Shown here piece after piece: positions 40,299 to 48,805 of a stretch of 64,000 nucleotides of DNA. Source of the DNA: Thermoanaerobaculia bacterium (GTDB taxonomy: Bacteria; Acidobacteriota; Thermoanaerobaculia; UBA2201; DAOSWS01); NCBI GenBank assembly GCA_035593605.1, contig DAOSWS010000018.1, forward strand, positions 18,140 through 82,139, given 5' to 3'. The number at the start of each line of letters is the position of its first letter. Position 1 is the first letter of the stretch. Made by a program: the position numbers and the translations under genes. Under the pieces are notes generated by a model, which was not told the DNA's origin, searched no databases, and saw nothing but the letters and a program-made list of their open reading frames with translations.

Positions 40299-41693
40299 TT
40301 AATCTTTTTCCTCCTGGAGCTTTTCCTTGAGGATTTTTGAAATGTCCAAGCCGGTAAGCGACTGGACGACCTCGGGGAGCTGAGCCAGGACTTCCGATAC
40401 CTGTCCGGTGATTTTTGCGCTTCCCAGCTTGCCGTCCGTACCCACCATGACAATTTTCTCAACGCGGGACAAAGGCTCTGCAACCGACCGTGCCAGTTCA
40501 GGCATGACGTCCATGATCATCTTGTAGATAGCGGCCTGGTTATAATGCTCATACGCTTTGGCCCGTTCCAAAATGGCCTTGGCCTCGGATTGCCCGATAA
40601 GTTCGATTCGCTTCGCCTCGACTTCCGCTTCGGAACTTTTGGCCACGGCTTTTCCCTTGGCCTCCGTAGACAGCCGGAAGCTTTCGGCCTCTGCCTCGGC
40701 CTGAACCTGGATCTTACGGGCCTCGGCGGGCTTCAACACATTCGCCTCCAGCTCGCGCTGCTTGCGTTCGACTTCCAGTTTTTCCAGCTCAATGATTTCC
40801 TGTTTCTCAAGACGCTTCACCACGTACTCTTCCTTCTTGAGATCTTTGGCAAGTTTATTGCGTTCCAGCTCGTAGGACATGTCGGCGTGCGCTTTACGCT
40901 TGTTTACTTCGGTCTGCGAGTTGGCTTTCTTTGCCTCATTTTCCCATGCCTTGCCGGCAATTTCGGCTTCGGCCTGAAGTCGGGCGATCTCCGATTCCTT
41001 TCGGGCTTTGGACGCCTGAATCGCGGCATCCCTGTCGGCTTCAGCCTGAGCCACAGCTGCGTCTCTCTTTACCATGGCAATCTGGGGTCGGCCCAGAGCG
41101 TCCAGGTATCCCTGGGTGTCGCTGACATCTTTCAGGGCAAAGGAGGTCAACAGGAGCCCCATACCGGAAAAATCCGGAGTCGCCGATTCCTGCACCTTCT
41201 CGGCAAAGAGCATGCGGTTCTTTGAAATTTCCTCCACGGTCATCGATCCGATTACGGCACGGATCTTACCTTCCAGAACAGCCTCCGATACCTCGCGTAT
41301 CGCTTCATTTCCCTTTCCGAGAAACTGTTCGATGGCGAGAGTGAGAGGGAAATCTGAGGTGTCAATTTTGACCTGAGCGATGGCTTCCGCAAGGATCGGA
41401 ACGCCGCCACTCGTCAGCACTTCCGGGGTACGAAGGTTGACAGTGATGATTTCGAGAACCATCGTTTCCGCTCGCTCGGTAAAGGGATTGATAAACGCAC
41501 CGCCACCGACCCGGTACCGGTATCCGATGACTTTTTCGGAGCCGTCGGGGGCCTTTACGGAATATTTGCGCTTTCCGGAAATAATCAGGACTTCGTTCGG
41601 TGCGACTTTCTTGTACTGGCGGAAATAGATGATGACGGATGCGACAATGATGGCCAGAACGACAACAAGAATAAAACCTGCCATGATTGACAT
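40299..41693 (-). CDS. Flotillin / SPFH (band 7) family protein
   Basis: N-terminal TM segment, SPFH domain, long Ala/Glu-rich coiled coil (EAEAEA repeats). Confidence 0.8.
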   Translation of the reverse strand: MSIMAGFILVVVLAIIVASVIIYFRQYKKVAPNEVLIISGKRKYSVKAPDGSEKVIGYRYRVGGGAFINPFTERAETMVLEIITVNLRTPEVLTSGGVPILAEAIAQVKIDTSDFPLTLAIEQFLGKGNEAIREVSEAVLEGKIRAVIGSMTVEEISKNRMLFAEKVQESATPDFSGMGLLLTSFALKDVSDTQGYLDALGRPQIAMVKRDAAVAQAEADRDAAIQASKARKESEIARLQAEAEIAGKAWENEAKKANSQTEVNKRKAHADMSYELERNKLAKDLKKEEYVVKRLEKQEIIELEKLEVERKQRELEANVLKPAEARKIQVQAEAEAESFRLSTEAKGKAVAKSSEAEVEAKRIELIGQSEAKAILERAKAYEHYNQAAIYKMIMDVMPELARSVAEPLSRVEKIVMVGTDGKLGSAKITGQVSEVLAQLPEVVQSLTGLDISKILKEKLQEEKD

Positions 41694-41909
41694 GATGACC
41701 TCCTTCGTAGCGCCAGGATTTGGAATGCGCGGTCAACGATTGGAATGGAGGTTACGGTAGCATAGAGGCCCGGGGAAGTCAAGGACAAAAAGCTGTGAAA
41801 TAGTTGAATATATAGGGGTTTAGGCCGTAATTAAGAAACGTAATGTCCTATAATCAGAACAACTTGAGCATCGTAGTCATCTGAATGTATGCCATGATAT
41901 ACTTGTGAA

Positions 41910-43094
41910 ATGGAGCACATTATCCGCAGAAAGCTGCCGCGTTCTCTTACCCTGTCCATCGCCGGAAAGGTTCAGGAGCTGACTCAGTCCGGTCAAAGAA
42001 TTTTCAAGTTCAACATCGGGGAGCCTGACTTTCCAACTCCCAGGGATATCAAAGATGAGGGAATCCGGGCTATCGAAGAGAATTTTACCCGATATACGGC
42101 TGGAGCCGGAATTCCTGAACTGCGGGCTGCCATTGCCGATGATCTTCGACGTCGACTTGACCTTTCCTATACATCGAAGGAAATTGTGGTGACGGTCGGA
42201 GGTAAATTCGCGCTGGCGGCGGCAATTATGGCAACCGTCGGTCCCGGGGATGAAGTGCTGATCCCCGTACCTTCTTTCCTCTCCTACCCGGATATGGTGA
42301 CCATTGCCGGGGGAATCCCGGTACGGGTTCCTCTGGGCCCGGAAACTTCTTTTTTCCCAACCCCGCAGCTTCTGGATACCTATGTTTCCCAGCGTACCCG
42401 TTTGGTGATTCTAAATTCACCCCACAACCCGACGGGTGTCGTCTACCCGGAAGAACTTGTTGCATCCCTCGCTGAATGGGCTTCCAAACGAAATATCTAT
42501 ATCCTTTCGGATGAGGTTTACGACCAGCTGATCTTCGACGAAATACGCCATCATTCCATTGCAGCCTTTCCCCATATCCGCGACCGGGTCCTGATTGTCA
42601 ATTCATTTTCAAAGACGTACTGCATGACCGGCTGGCGTCTGGGATATCTGGCCGCTCCGGAACCTCTGGCTGAGGCCGTCACCCACATCCAGAGCCACAT
42701 GGCTTCTTCTCCGAACAGCATTGCCCAGCGCGCGGCACTTCGTGCCCTTCAGGCAGGTCGCCCGGAAGGCGAGCAGATGCTTATCTCCTTCCAGTTGAGG
42801 CGGGATCTCATGTGCGACCTGCTTTCATCCGTTCCCGGGGTTAAGTTTATTCGACCCTCAGGTACGTTCTACCTCTTCCTGGATGTTTCTTCCTATTTTG
42901 GCGAGCGAATCAGTGGGTCGATGGACATGGCGATGTACCTCCTCGACAAATACCACGTCGCAACCGTGCCCGGTCTGGTTTTTGGTGATGATCGTTTTAT
43001 TCGACTCTCGTTCGCAACATCCGACGAGGAAATCCGGGAAGGAATCCAGGCTCTTTCCGATGGATTGTCCTCTCTTTGCAATGGGAGGGATTAA
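41910..43094 (+). CDS. Aspartate/aromatic aminotransferase (class I/II), stand-alone paralogue of the fused gene
   Basis: 'NIGEPDFPTP … NSPHNPTG … SFSKTYCMTGWRLGY' PLP-binding motifs. Confidence 0.85.
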   Translation: MEHIIRRKLPRSLTLSIAGKVQELTQSGQRIFKFNIGEPDFPTPRDIKDEGIRAIEENFTRYTAGAGIPELRAAIADDLRRRLDLSYTSKEIVVTVGGKFALAAAIMATVGPGDEVLIPVPSFLSYPDMVTIAGGIPVRVPLGPETSFFPTPQLLDTYVSQRTRLVILNSPHNPTGVVYPEELVASLAEWASKRNIYILSDEVYDQLIFDEIRHHSIAAFPHIRDRVLIVNSFSKTYCMTGWRLGYLAAPEPLAEAVTHIQSHMASSPNSIAQRAALRALQAGRPEGEQMLISFQLRRDLMCDLLSSVPGVKFIRPSGTFYLFLDVSSYFGERISGSMDMAMYLLDKYHVATVPGLVFGDDRFIRLSFATSDEEIREGIQALSDGLSSLCNGRD

Positions 43095-43717
43095 GTTTTT
43101 TCTCCACCGTAAACCGATGCGGTAAACGTAGAGATCAGATCAAAAAGATGGTTCTGAAAAAAGTGGTCGGAGGCTTCGACCGGAATAACTTCTGCATCAA
43201 GACCATGTTCGCCGAATGTACGTTGTATGTCGGCGGGTCTTCCAAACTCATCCTTTTCTCCCTGGATCGCAATCAGGCGTCGGGTTGAGAGTTTTACTGG
43301 ATATTGAAAATGAAAGGTCAGAGGAAACCCGATGAGAACCAGATGTTCCATCGATACGGACTTTGCCATGTCCAGCCCGATCAGGGCACCGAAGGAATAC
43401 CCGAGAACGGAAACGGGAAGTTCCGGAAATCGCAGTCTCAGATATTCGCAGGCAACCAAAGCGTCTTCCAGTTCTCCGGGCCCGCCGGTGAAGTGACCTC
43501 CCGACAATCCGACGCCCCGAAAATTAAACGACAGGGTTGCACCTTGATGATCATGAATGGACTTTCGCAGATGGTACAGAATCGGCAGGTTCATCTTTCC
43601 GCCGTAGAGTGGGTGAGGGTGCAGAACCACCCATGTATGGTTACAGGTCTCTGAATATTGAATTTGACACTCAATATCACCTGCTTTGCCGGAGAGAAAC
43701 AGGTTTTCCCCTTTCAT
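43091..43717 (-). CDS. Alpha/beta hydrolase (esterase-like)
   Basis: Nucleophile elbow 'GYSFG' (GxSxG). Confidence 0.65.
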   Translation of the reverse strand: MKGENLFLSGKAGDIECQIQYSETCNHTWVVLHPHPLYGGKMNLPILYHLRKSIHDHQGATLSFNFRGVGLSGGHFTGGPGELEDALVACEYLRLRFPELPVSVLGYSFGALIGLDMAKSVSMEHLVLIGFPLTFHFQYPVKLSTRRLIAIQGEKDEFGRPADIQRTFGEHGLDAEVIPVEASDHFFQNHLFDLISTFTASVYGGEKT

Positions 43718-43736
43718 GTAAGCATTATATCAATCA

Positions 43737-43765
43737 TTGATTCAGCGGGAATAGTATGGTATGAT
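43737..43765 (+). promoter_or_regulatory. Sigma70-like promoter of the first cytochrome gene (TTGATT-17-TATGAT)
   Basis: TTGATT 43737-43742, 17-nt spacer, TATGAT 43760-43765, RBS AAGGAGG before the ATG at 43798. Confidence 0.45.
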
Positions 43766-43797
43766 GCGTCGGTTACAATAAAATAAGGAGGTATTGT

Positions 43798-44151
43798 ATG
43801 AAACGTACCGTTGCGTGGGTTGTGAGCCTGACTTTCCTGGTTGTTGCGAGTTTTTCCGTTGTTCTTCTGGCGGGAGACGCTCCTGAGACCATTACGCTGG
43901 AAGCCAAGAATGGGACGGTTACCTTTTCCCATAAGAAGCATGCCGAAGAGTATAAAGTGGAGTGCACCAAGTGTCACCACACCCAGAAGGAAGGGGAAGC
44001 CGTGCAGAAATGTTCGGCTTGCCATGGAGTGGATGAAAGTGCGCCCAAGGCCATGAATGCTTTCCATGGACAGTGCAAGGATTGTCACAAAGCCGTAAAT
44101 GAAGAAGGCAAGGCTGCTCCAACAGAGTGCAAAGCCTGCCACGTCAAGTAA
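43798..44151 (+). CDS. Periplasmic multihaem cytochrome c (PpcA/c7-c3 family), 4 CxxCH, copy 1
   Basis: Signal peptide; four CxxCH (CTKCH, CSACH, CKDCH, CKACH); 'EAKNGTVTFSHKKH' resembles Geobacter PpcA 'KAKNGDVKFPHKAH'. Confidence 0.85.
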   Translation: MKRTVAWVVSLTFLVVASFSVVLLAGDAPETITLEAKNGTVTFSHKKHAEEYKVECTKCHHTQKEGEAVQKCSACHGVDESAPKAMNAFHGQCKDCHKAVNEEGKAAPTECKACHVK

Positions 44152-44231
44152 GAAAACGGTTTTCCCCGGGCTGAGAAGAATTTTTTGATTCGATGCCCGT
44201 ATAGGAATAGAAGATCACAAGGAGGATCTGA

Positions 44232-44588
44232 ATGAAACGAACCCTGATTCTTGTAACCTGTCTCGCTTTTCTTCTTGTCGGTTTTGCCGCAATGGGCCTC
44301 TTCGCCGGGGATGCCCCTGAAACCGTGACACTGGAAGCCAAGAACGGTACCGTAACCTTCCCACACAAGAAGCATGTGGAAGAAATAAAAGTGGAGTGCA
44401 CCAAGTGCCACCACACCCAGAAGGAAGGGGAGGCCGTGCAGAAGTGTACCGATTGCCACGGTAAGGATGAGAATGCGCCCAAAGTCATGAATGCCTTCCA
44501 TGGTCTCTGCAAAGACTGCCACAAGGCAAAGAACGAAGAGGGTAAGGCCGCTCCGACCGAATGCAAAGGTTGTCACGTTAAGGCCTGA
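44232..44588 (+). CDS. Periplasmic multihaem cytochrome c (PpcA/c7-c3 family), copy 2 (tandem paralogue)
   Basis: About 80% identical to copy 1, with the same four CxxCH motifs and its own RBS. Confidence 0.85.
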   Translation: MKRTLILVTCLAFLLVGFAAMGLFAGDAPETVTLEAKNGTVTFPHKKHVEEIKVECTKCHHTQKEGEAVQKCTDCHGKDENAPKVMNAFHGLCKDCHKAKNEEGKAAPTECKGCHVKA

Positions 44589-44612
44589 AATTTCCAGAAA
44601 ATGATTCAAACA

Positions 44613-44645
44613 TCGGGGGCAGATCAGGCCCCCGATTTTTTTTCT
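44613..44645. terminator. Rho-independent terminator (possibly bidirectional)
   Basis: TCGGGGGC-AGATCAG-GCCCCCGA hairpin plus T10 on the plus strand, with an A-rich run upstream. Confidence 0.75.
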
Positions 44646-45128
44646 TTAGTCTGCGTGCCGGCCCTGTTCTTCTGAAGAACCGGTTTCATCCAGAGCGGCT
44701 CGCAGACGTAATCCAACCATCTTCTCCGTAAAGGCATGTGGACGTTTGCCTGCGGCAATCCACGCAAAGAAGAGAAAAAGGACTCCGAGGGGAATCATGG
44801 GGATCAGGCCCGGAAAAAAGGGCCACAGAATCCAGGGAATCACTCCGAGCATCCCTGCGAAGAGAACAATCTTGCCTGAGCCTGTGATACGAAGGTCGGA
44901 AAGTGAGACCTCCACATGAACCTGCGGGTCCTCTTCGCTCTCCCGGGTGGTAACCCTTACCTCTGCCTGACCCTTATAGAACCGCTGAGGAGTGGGCAGG
45001 GCTGCACGAAGTTCACGCTCTCCTCGTTGGAGGATTTTAGATCCGGGAATGTCAAGGATGACTTCCTCTGCGAGGTGAATCACACGCGGGAAGGAAATCG
45101 ATCGGTTCACTTTCAGGATTTCGGTCAT
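44646..45128 (-). CDS. Small membrane protein, hypothetical
   Basis: Two C-terminal TM helices. Start placed at the ATG that overlaps the upstream gene's stop. Confidence 0.45.
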   Translation of the reverse strand: MTEILKVNRSISFPRVIHLAEEVILDIPGSKILQRGERELRAALPTPQRFYKGQAEVRVTTRESEEDPQVHVEVSLSDLRITGSGKIVLFAGMLGVIPWILWPFFPGLIPMIPLGVLFLFFAWIAAGKRPHAFTEKMVGLRLRAALDETGSSEEQGRHAD

Positions 45129-47269
45129 TGCAGGTACCCAAGAGATTTGAGAGCTTTGGTCTCGTCCTGAGAGAGCGGGTAGGCCATATCTGCACCTGGG
45201 GATGATATGGAATCCCGGTAGGCCTGCACCATGGATGTGACTCGATCGACCCATTCCCTCCGCTCGGAACAGAGGTTATGGGTCTCTCCAGGATCTGTTG
45301 CGAGATCGTACACTTCCGGCAGGGCGTCCATATTGAGAATAACCTTGACGTCCCTCTGGATAAATGCGTAGAGATGGTTTGAGGTCTTCATCCAGGAAAT
45401 CAAGGGATGAAGAGGCAGGCACTCATGTTCCTCACCGAGAAAATATCCTGCCGAGGGAGACAGGTTCAGCAGGTCCCTCCCATCCAGGTTCTCACTGACA
45501 GGCTCGCCTGAGAGCGTCAGGAGAGTCGGATAGATATCCTGCAGGGCAACGGAACGATCGCTCCGCTCACCTTGTGATTGTCCCGGAAGATGGAAAATCA
45601 TGGGGATACGAAGAACAGGTTCATAAAGGCGTGTCGTATGGGTGAGCAGACCATGTTCCCCGAGAAATTCTCCATGGTCCCCGACGGCGATAATCAGGGT
45701 GGAATCGTACAGGCCGTTACTCTTAAGATAGCCGATCAGCCTTCCAAAAGCCTGATCCATAAAGTAAACCTCGGCAAGGTAGAGGGATTCGATCAGCTCT
45801 CCGTGGCCCTCACGGTCGAGGTACGCTCCCTCCATCCAGCGATCCCAGGTTTCCGGATAGCCCTGCGCAAGCTGCCAGAGAGGGTCATCGGAAGTCCGAT
45901 TCCGGATCAAATCCTGAATAGAGAGCCTGTCTTTGGCACTTCCCGGCGCATTATAGGGTGCGTGGGGGTCAAAGTAGTTGAGGAAAAGAAAAAATGGATA
46001 TCCACGGTTCGAATCGAGATAGTCAATGACATCATCGGTAAGATCATCCGCACGTCGCTCAAAATGCCAGGGATCCCGATAGAAAGAAAATCCCCTTGCC
46101 AGGCCCAGTCTTCCTTTTGTAAGCTCCCCTCCGGAAAAGCCGGCGGTACAATATCCCAGTCGGCTGAAAGTTTCTGCCAGGGTCGCGTGGCGGGGTGACA
46201 GATAGGGAATATGAACACCGGCCCCGTGCCGTGAAGGTAAGAGACCCGTAAAGAGAGAAGCATGAGAGGGAAGTGTCCAGGGGGACGGAGCTCTTGCCGT
46301 GAGGAAGACGTGGGATGTGGAGGCGAGATCATCAAGATTTGGGGTGACGGAAGGATTTCGGCCGTAGGCTCCCAGGGCATCGGCCCGGGTGGTGTCCAGG
46401 GTGATGAGAAGAATGTTGGGTACCGGCTGCCGCTTCTGGAAGGTAAGACACGGTGAAAGCCACATGGCCGCGTCTCCGGGCTTCTGATCCAGGGAAAGTG
46501 TGATCTCCGTGACTGGAAAAGGGTCCTTGAACTCTGCTTCCAGATCGCGTAGATTTCCGGTTTCAGACAGTTGGATCGAGATTTTCCGTTCCGTTCCGCC
46601 GGTTCCACGAAGGATCAGGCTGCCCGATACCGGGTTGCCGCGGAGTTTCAGAAGGCGGGATGTGAGAGAGCTGGCATCGATCGGTTGAGGAAGGGCTATT
46701 GTAAGGGCACGTGACCCTTCCACAAGAACGGCAGGAACGTGGTCTCTTTTAAGGGGAAAGGTTCCAGTTGTAAAAAATTCCTCCATTGCAAAAATTCCCT
46801 CTCGATCCTTTAAATCCACTGGAGAACGGTAGACAAGATCGATTCCATCCATCCGGATGGATACGGATGCAACCGGTATTTCGGAAGGTGATTGGATAGA
46901 TAATCGCATCAGACCGGGCCGTGTCATGGGTACATCCACAACGCCATCAGTACCTTCGATGGAAGAATTCATCCATACAAAGGAAAGGCCCGTACCTTCA
47001 GAAGATTCCACTTCTACATGACAGGATCCATTCCACTCGTCCGGTATGTAAAACCAGATCCCCGCCTCGCCCGAGATGCGGAGCTCTTCATCTTTTTTTT
47101 CTTTGAACCAGCGGCGATCCAGGATGGCAAAGGGAGAACCGCTCACATGAATGTTCGTCGGAACATCATAGGTCAAATCTCTCACGCGGAGATTATCGAT
47201 GAGCGGAGAGCCTCCGCACGCCGTTAAAAGAATCCCGATCAGTGTGAGAAAATACTGTTTTCCGGCCAT
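45125..47269 (-). CDS. Lipoprotein with N-terminal beta-rich domain and C-terminal sulfatase-like (alkaline phosphatase superfamily) hydrolase/transferase domain
   Basis: Lipobox 'LLTACGG'; 'ILLITLDTTRADALGAYG' alkaline-phosphatase-superfamily N-terminal motif with Thr in place of the CxPxR Cys. Confidence 0.7.
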   Translation of the reverse strand: MAGKQYFLTLIGILLTACGGSPLIDNLRVRDLTYDVPTNIHVSGSPFAILDRRWFKEKKDEELRISGEAGIWFYIPDEWNGSCHVEVESSEGTGLSFVWMNSSIEGTDGVVDVPMTRPGLMRLSIQSPSEIPVASVSIRMDGIDLVYRSPVDLKDREGIFAMEEFFTTGTFPLKRDHVPAVLVEGSRALTIALPQPIDASSLTSRLLKLRGNPVSGSLILRGTGGTERKISIQLSETGNLRDLEAEFKDPFPVTEITLSLDQKPGDAAMWLSPCLTFQKRQPVPNILLITLDTTRADALGAYGRNPSVTPNLDDLASTSHVFLTARAPSPWTLPSHASLFTGLLPSRHGAGVHIPYLSPRHATLAETFSRLGYCTAGFSGGELTKGRLGLARGFSFYRDPWHFERRADDLTDDVIDYLDSNRGYPFFLFLNYFDPHAPYNAPGSAKDRLSIQDLIRNRTSDDPLWQLAQGYPETWDRWMEGAYLDREGHGELIESLYLAEVYFMDQAFGRLIGYLKSNGLYDSTLIIAVGDHGEFLGEHGLLTHTTRLYEPVLRIPMIFHLPGQSQGERSDRSVALQDIYPTLLTLSGEPVSENLDGRDLLNLSPSAGYFLGEEHECLPLHPLISWMKTSNHLYAFIQRDVKVILNMDALPEVYDLATDPGETHNLCSERREWVDRVTSMVQAYRDSISSPGADMAYPLSQDETKALKSLGYLQ

Positions 47270-47298
47270 TACACCATCTTATCAAATGCGTTCTCGGG

Positions 47299-48192
47299 GT
47301 GTATAGTGAAAGGGTGGAAGAATCGATCCGTACCTTTCTCCAATACCTGGAGGAGGAAAGAAATTATTCCCCGCATACCGTCACCAATTATGGACGGGAT
47401 CTCGCTTCCTTTGCCCTCTTCGTCCATGACCATTATCCGGGTATTTCGGGACCTTCCGATGTTGACCACGGCATCATTCGTGCCTTTCTTGCTCGATTGG
47501 CCCGAAGGGGCCTTTCGGGACGCTCCATTGCCCGCCATCTTTCCTCCCTGAGATCTTTCTTTACCTATTGTAAAAAGGAGAGGATCATTGACAGGAACCC
47601 GGCAAAGGTTATCTCGCTTCCCAGAACAAAAAAACGGCTACCCCGGGCCGTGCAGGAAAGAGAGATGGAAATATTGCTGGACCATTCAGAGGGATCTTCC
47701 TGGATGGAGCAGAGAAACAACGCAATTTTTGAACTTCTTTACGCATCCGGGCTGAGGGTGTCGGAACTTGTTTCCCTCAACCTGGATTCCATCAATCTTC
47801 GGGAGCAGGTTGTCCGTGTCATGGGTAAGGGAGGGAAGGAACGGATGGTCCCTTATGGATCCTACGCTCTCCATGCGCTGAAACATTATATAGAGTTCCG
47901 GCCCTCCTCGGAATCCGATGCACTCTTTCTGAATAAGAACGGAAGACGTCTCTCCGATCGATCGGTGCGTTCCATCGTAGCCCGTGTCGTTGCCGCTACC
48001 CTTCAACAGAAGGGGATAACACCTCACACATTTCGGCACTCTTTCGCATCACATCTGCTGCAGCATGGTGCGGACCTCCGGGTAATCCAGGAGTTGCTGG
48101 GTCATGCATCCCTGTCGACTACACAGGTTTATACCCATATTGATATCAAGCGTCTGATTGAAGTGTATAAAAAGGCCCATCCCCGGTCCTGA
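47299..48192 (+). CDS. xerC: Tyrosine recombinase XerC/XerD family
   Basis: N-terminal 'FLQYLEEERNYSPHTVTNYGRDL'; catalytic R…HxxR…Y region 'HTFRHSFASHLLQHGADLRVIQELLGHASLSTTQVYTH'. Confidence 0.85.
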   Translation: MYSERVEESIRTFLQYLEEERNYSPHTVTNYGRDLASFALFVHDHYPGISGPSDVDHGIIRAFLARLARRGLSGRSIARHLSSLRSFFTYCKKERIIDRNPAKVISLPRTKKRLPRAVQEREMEILLDHSEGSSWMEQRNNAIFELLYASGLRVSELVSLNLDSINLREQVVRVMGKGGKERMVPYGSYALHALKHYIEFRPSSESDALFLNKNGRRLSDRSVRSIVARVVAATLQQKGITPHTFRHSFASHLLQHGADLRVIQELLGHASLSTTQVYTHIDIKRLIEVYKKAHPRS

Positions 48193-48208
48193 AAGAAGGA
48201 GGCTTCCC

Positions 48209-48793
48209 ATGATTCAAGAACTGGTTACCCGTTCCAGAAGCTACCGAAGGTTTGATTCGCGTTACACAATCGATATGAGTTTTTTGCGTGATCTTGTTAT
48301 TCTGGCGAGATTTTCGCCCTCAGCCGCCAATCGTCAACCGCTGAAATTCCTGCTTTCCTGTGATTCTCAGACAAATGATCTGATTTTTCCCACCCTTTCC
48401 TGGGCTGCCTACCTGCCGGACTGGAACGGTCCCGCGCCGGAGGAGCGGCCCTCAGCCTATGTCGTAATTCTTGGGGACCTTTCAATCCATGACCGGTTCG
48501 GTTGTGATCTTGGCATTGCGGCGCAAAGCATGATGCTTGGGGCGGCAGAAAAGGGGCTGGGAGGGTGCATGATTGCCCATATCGATCACGATCGTCTCCG
48601 AACGTCCCTTCACATCGAGGATCGATACGAGATTCTTCTTGTTCTCGCTCTTGGAAAACCAGCAGAAGAGGTCATTCTGGAAGATGTGGAATCCTCAGGA
48701 GATATCCGATACTGGAGGGATCCGGAAGGAAGGCATCACGTACCCAAACGGAAGCTGGAAGATCTTATCCTGCAGGTGCAGGAACATCTTTGA
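48209..48793 (+). CDS. Nitroreductase family protein
   Basis: 'RRSYRRFD', 'SAANRQP' and 'GLGGCMI' nitroreductase motifs. Confidence 0.8.
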   Translation: MIQELVTRSRSYRRFDSRYTIDMSFLRDLVILARFSPSAANRQPLKFLLSCDSQTNDLIFPTLSWAAYLPDWNGPAPEERPSAYVVILGDLSIHDRFGCDLGIAAQSMMLGAAEKGLGGCMIAHIDHDRLRTSLHIEDRYEILLVLALGKPAEEVILEDVESSGDIRYWRDPEGRHHVPKRKLEDLILQVQEHL

Positions 48794-48805
48794 TCCTCTG
48801 ACGCT

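Noticed and set aside
43714-44609. Minus-strand ORFs of 142, 174 and 140 aa across the cytochrome tandem
   Set aside because: Antisense to two genes with signal peptides and four CxxCH motifs each. The identical duplication creates matching mirror ORFs.
47091-47100. T8 (A8 on the coding strand) homopolymer in the sulfatase-like gene
   Set aside because: Short, and it encodes a Lys-rich KEKKD stretch. Far less slip-prone than the C11 tract, so not flagged as phase-variable.
47269-47299. xerC as a mobile-element integrase
   Set aside because: The XerC-like N-terminus and chromosomal housekeeping neighbours (nitroreductase, sulfatase-like) suggest the dif-site resolvase rather than a phage or ICE integrase. 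No flanking att repeats were seen.
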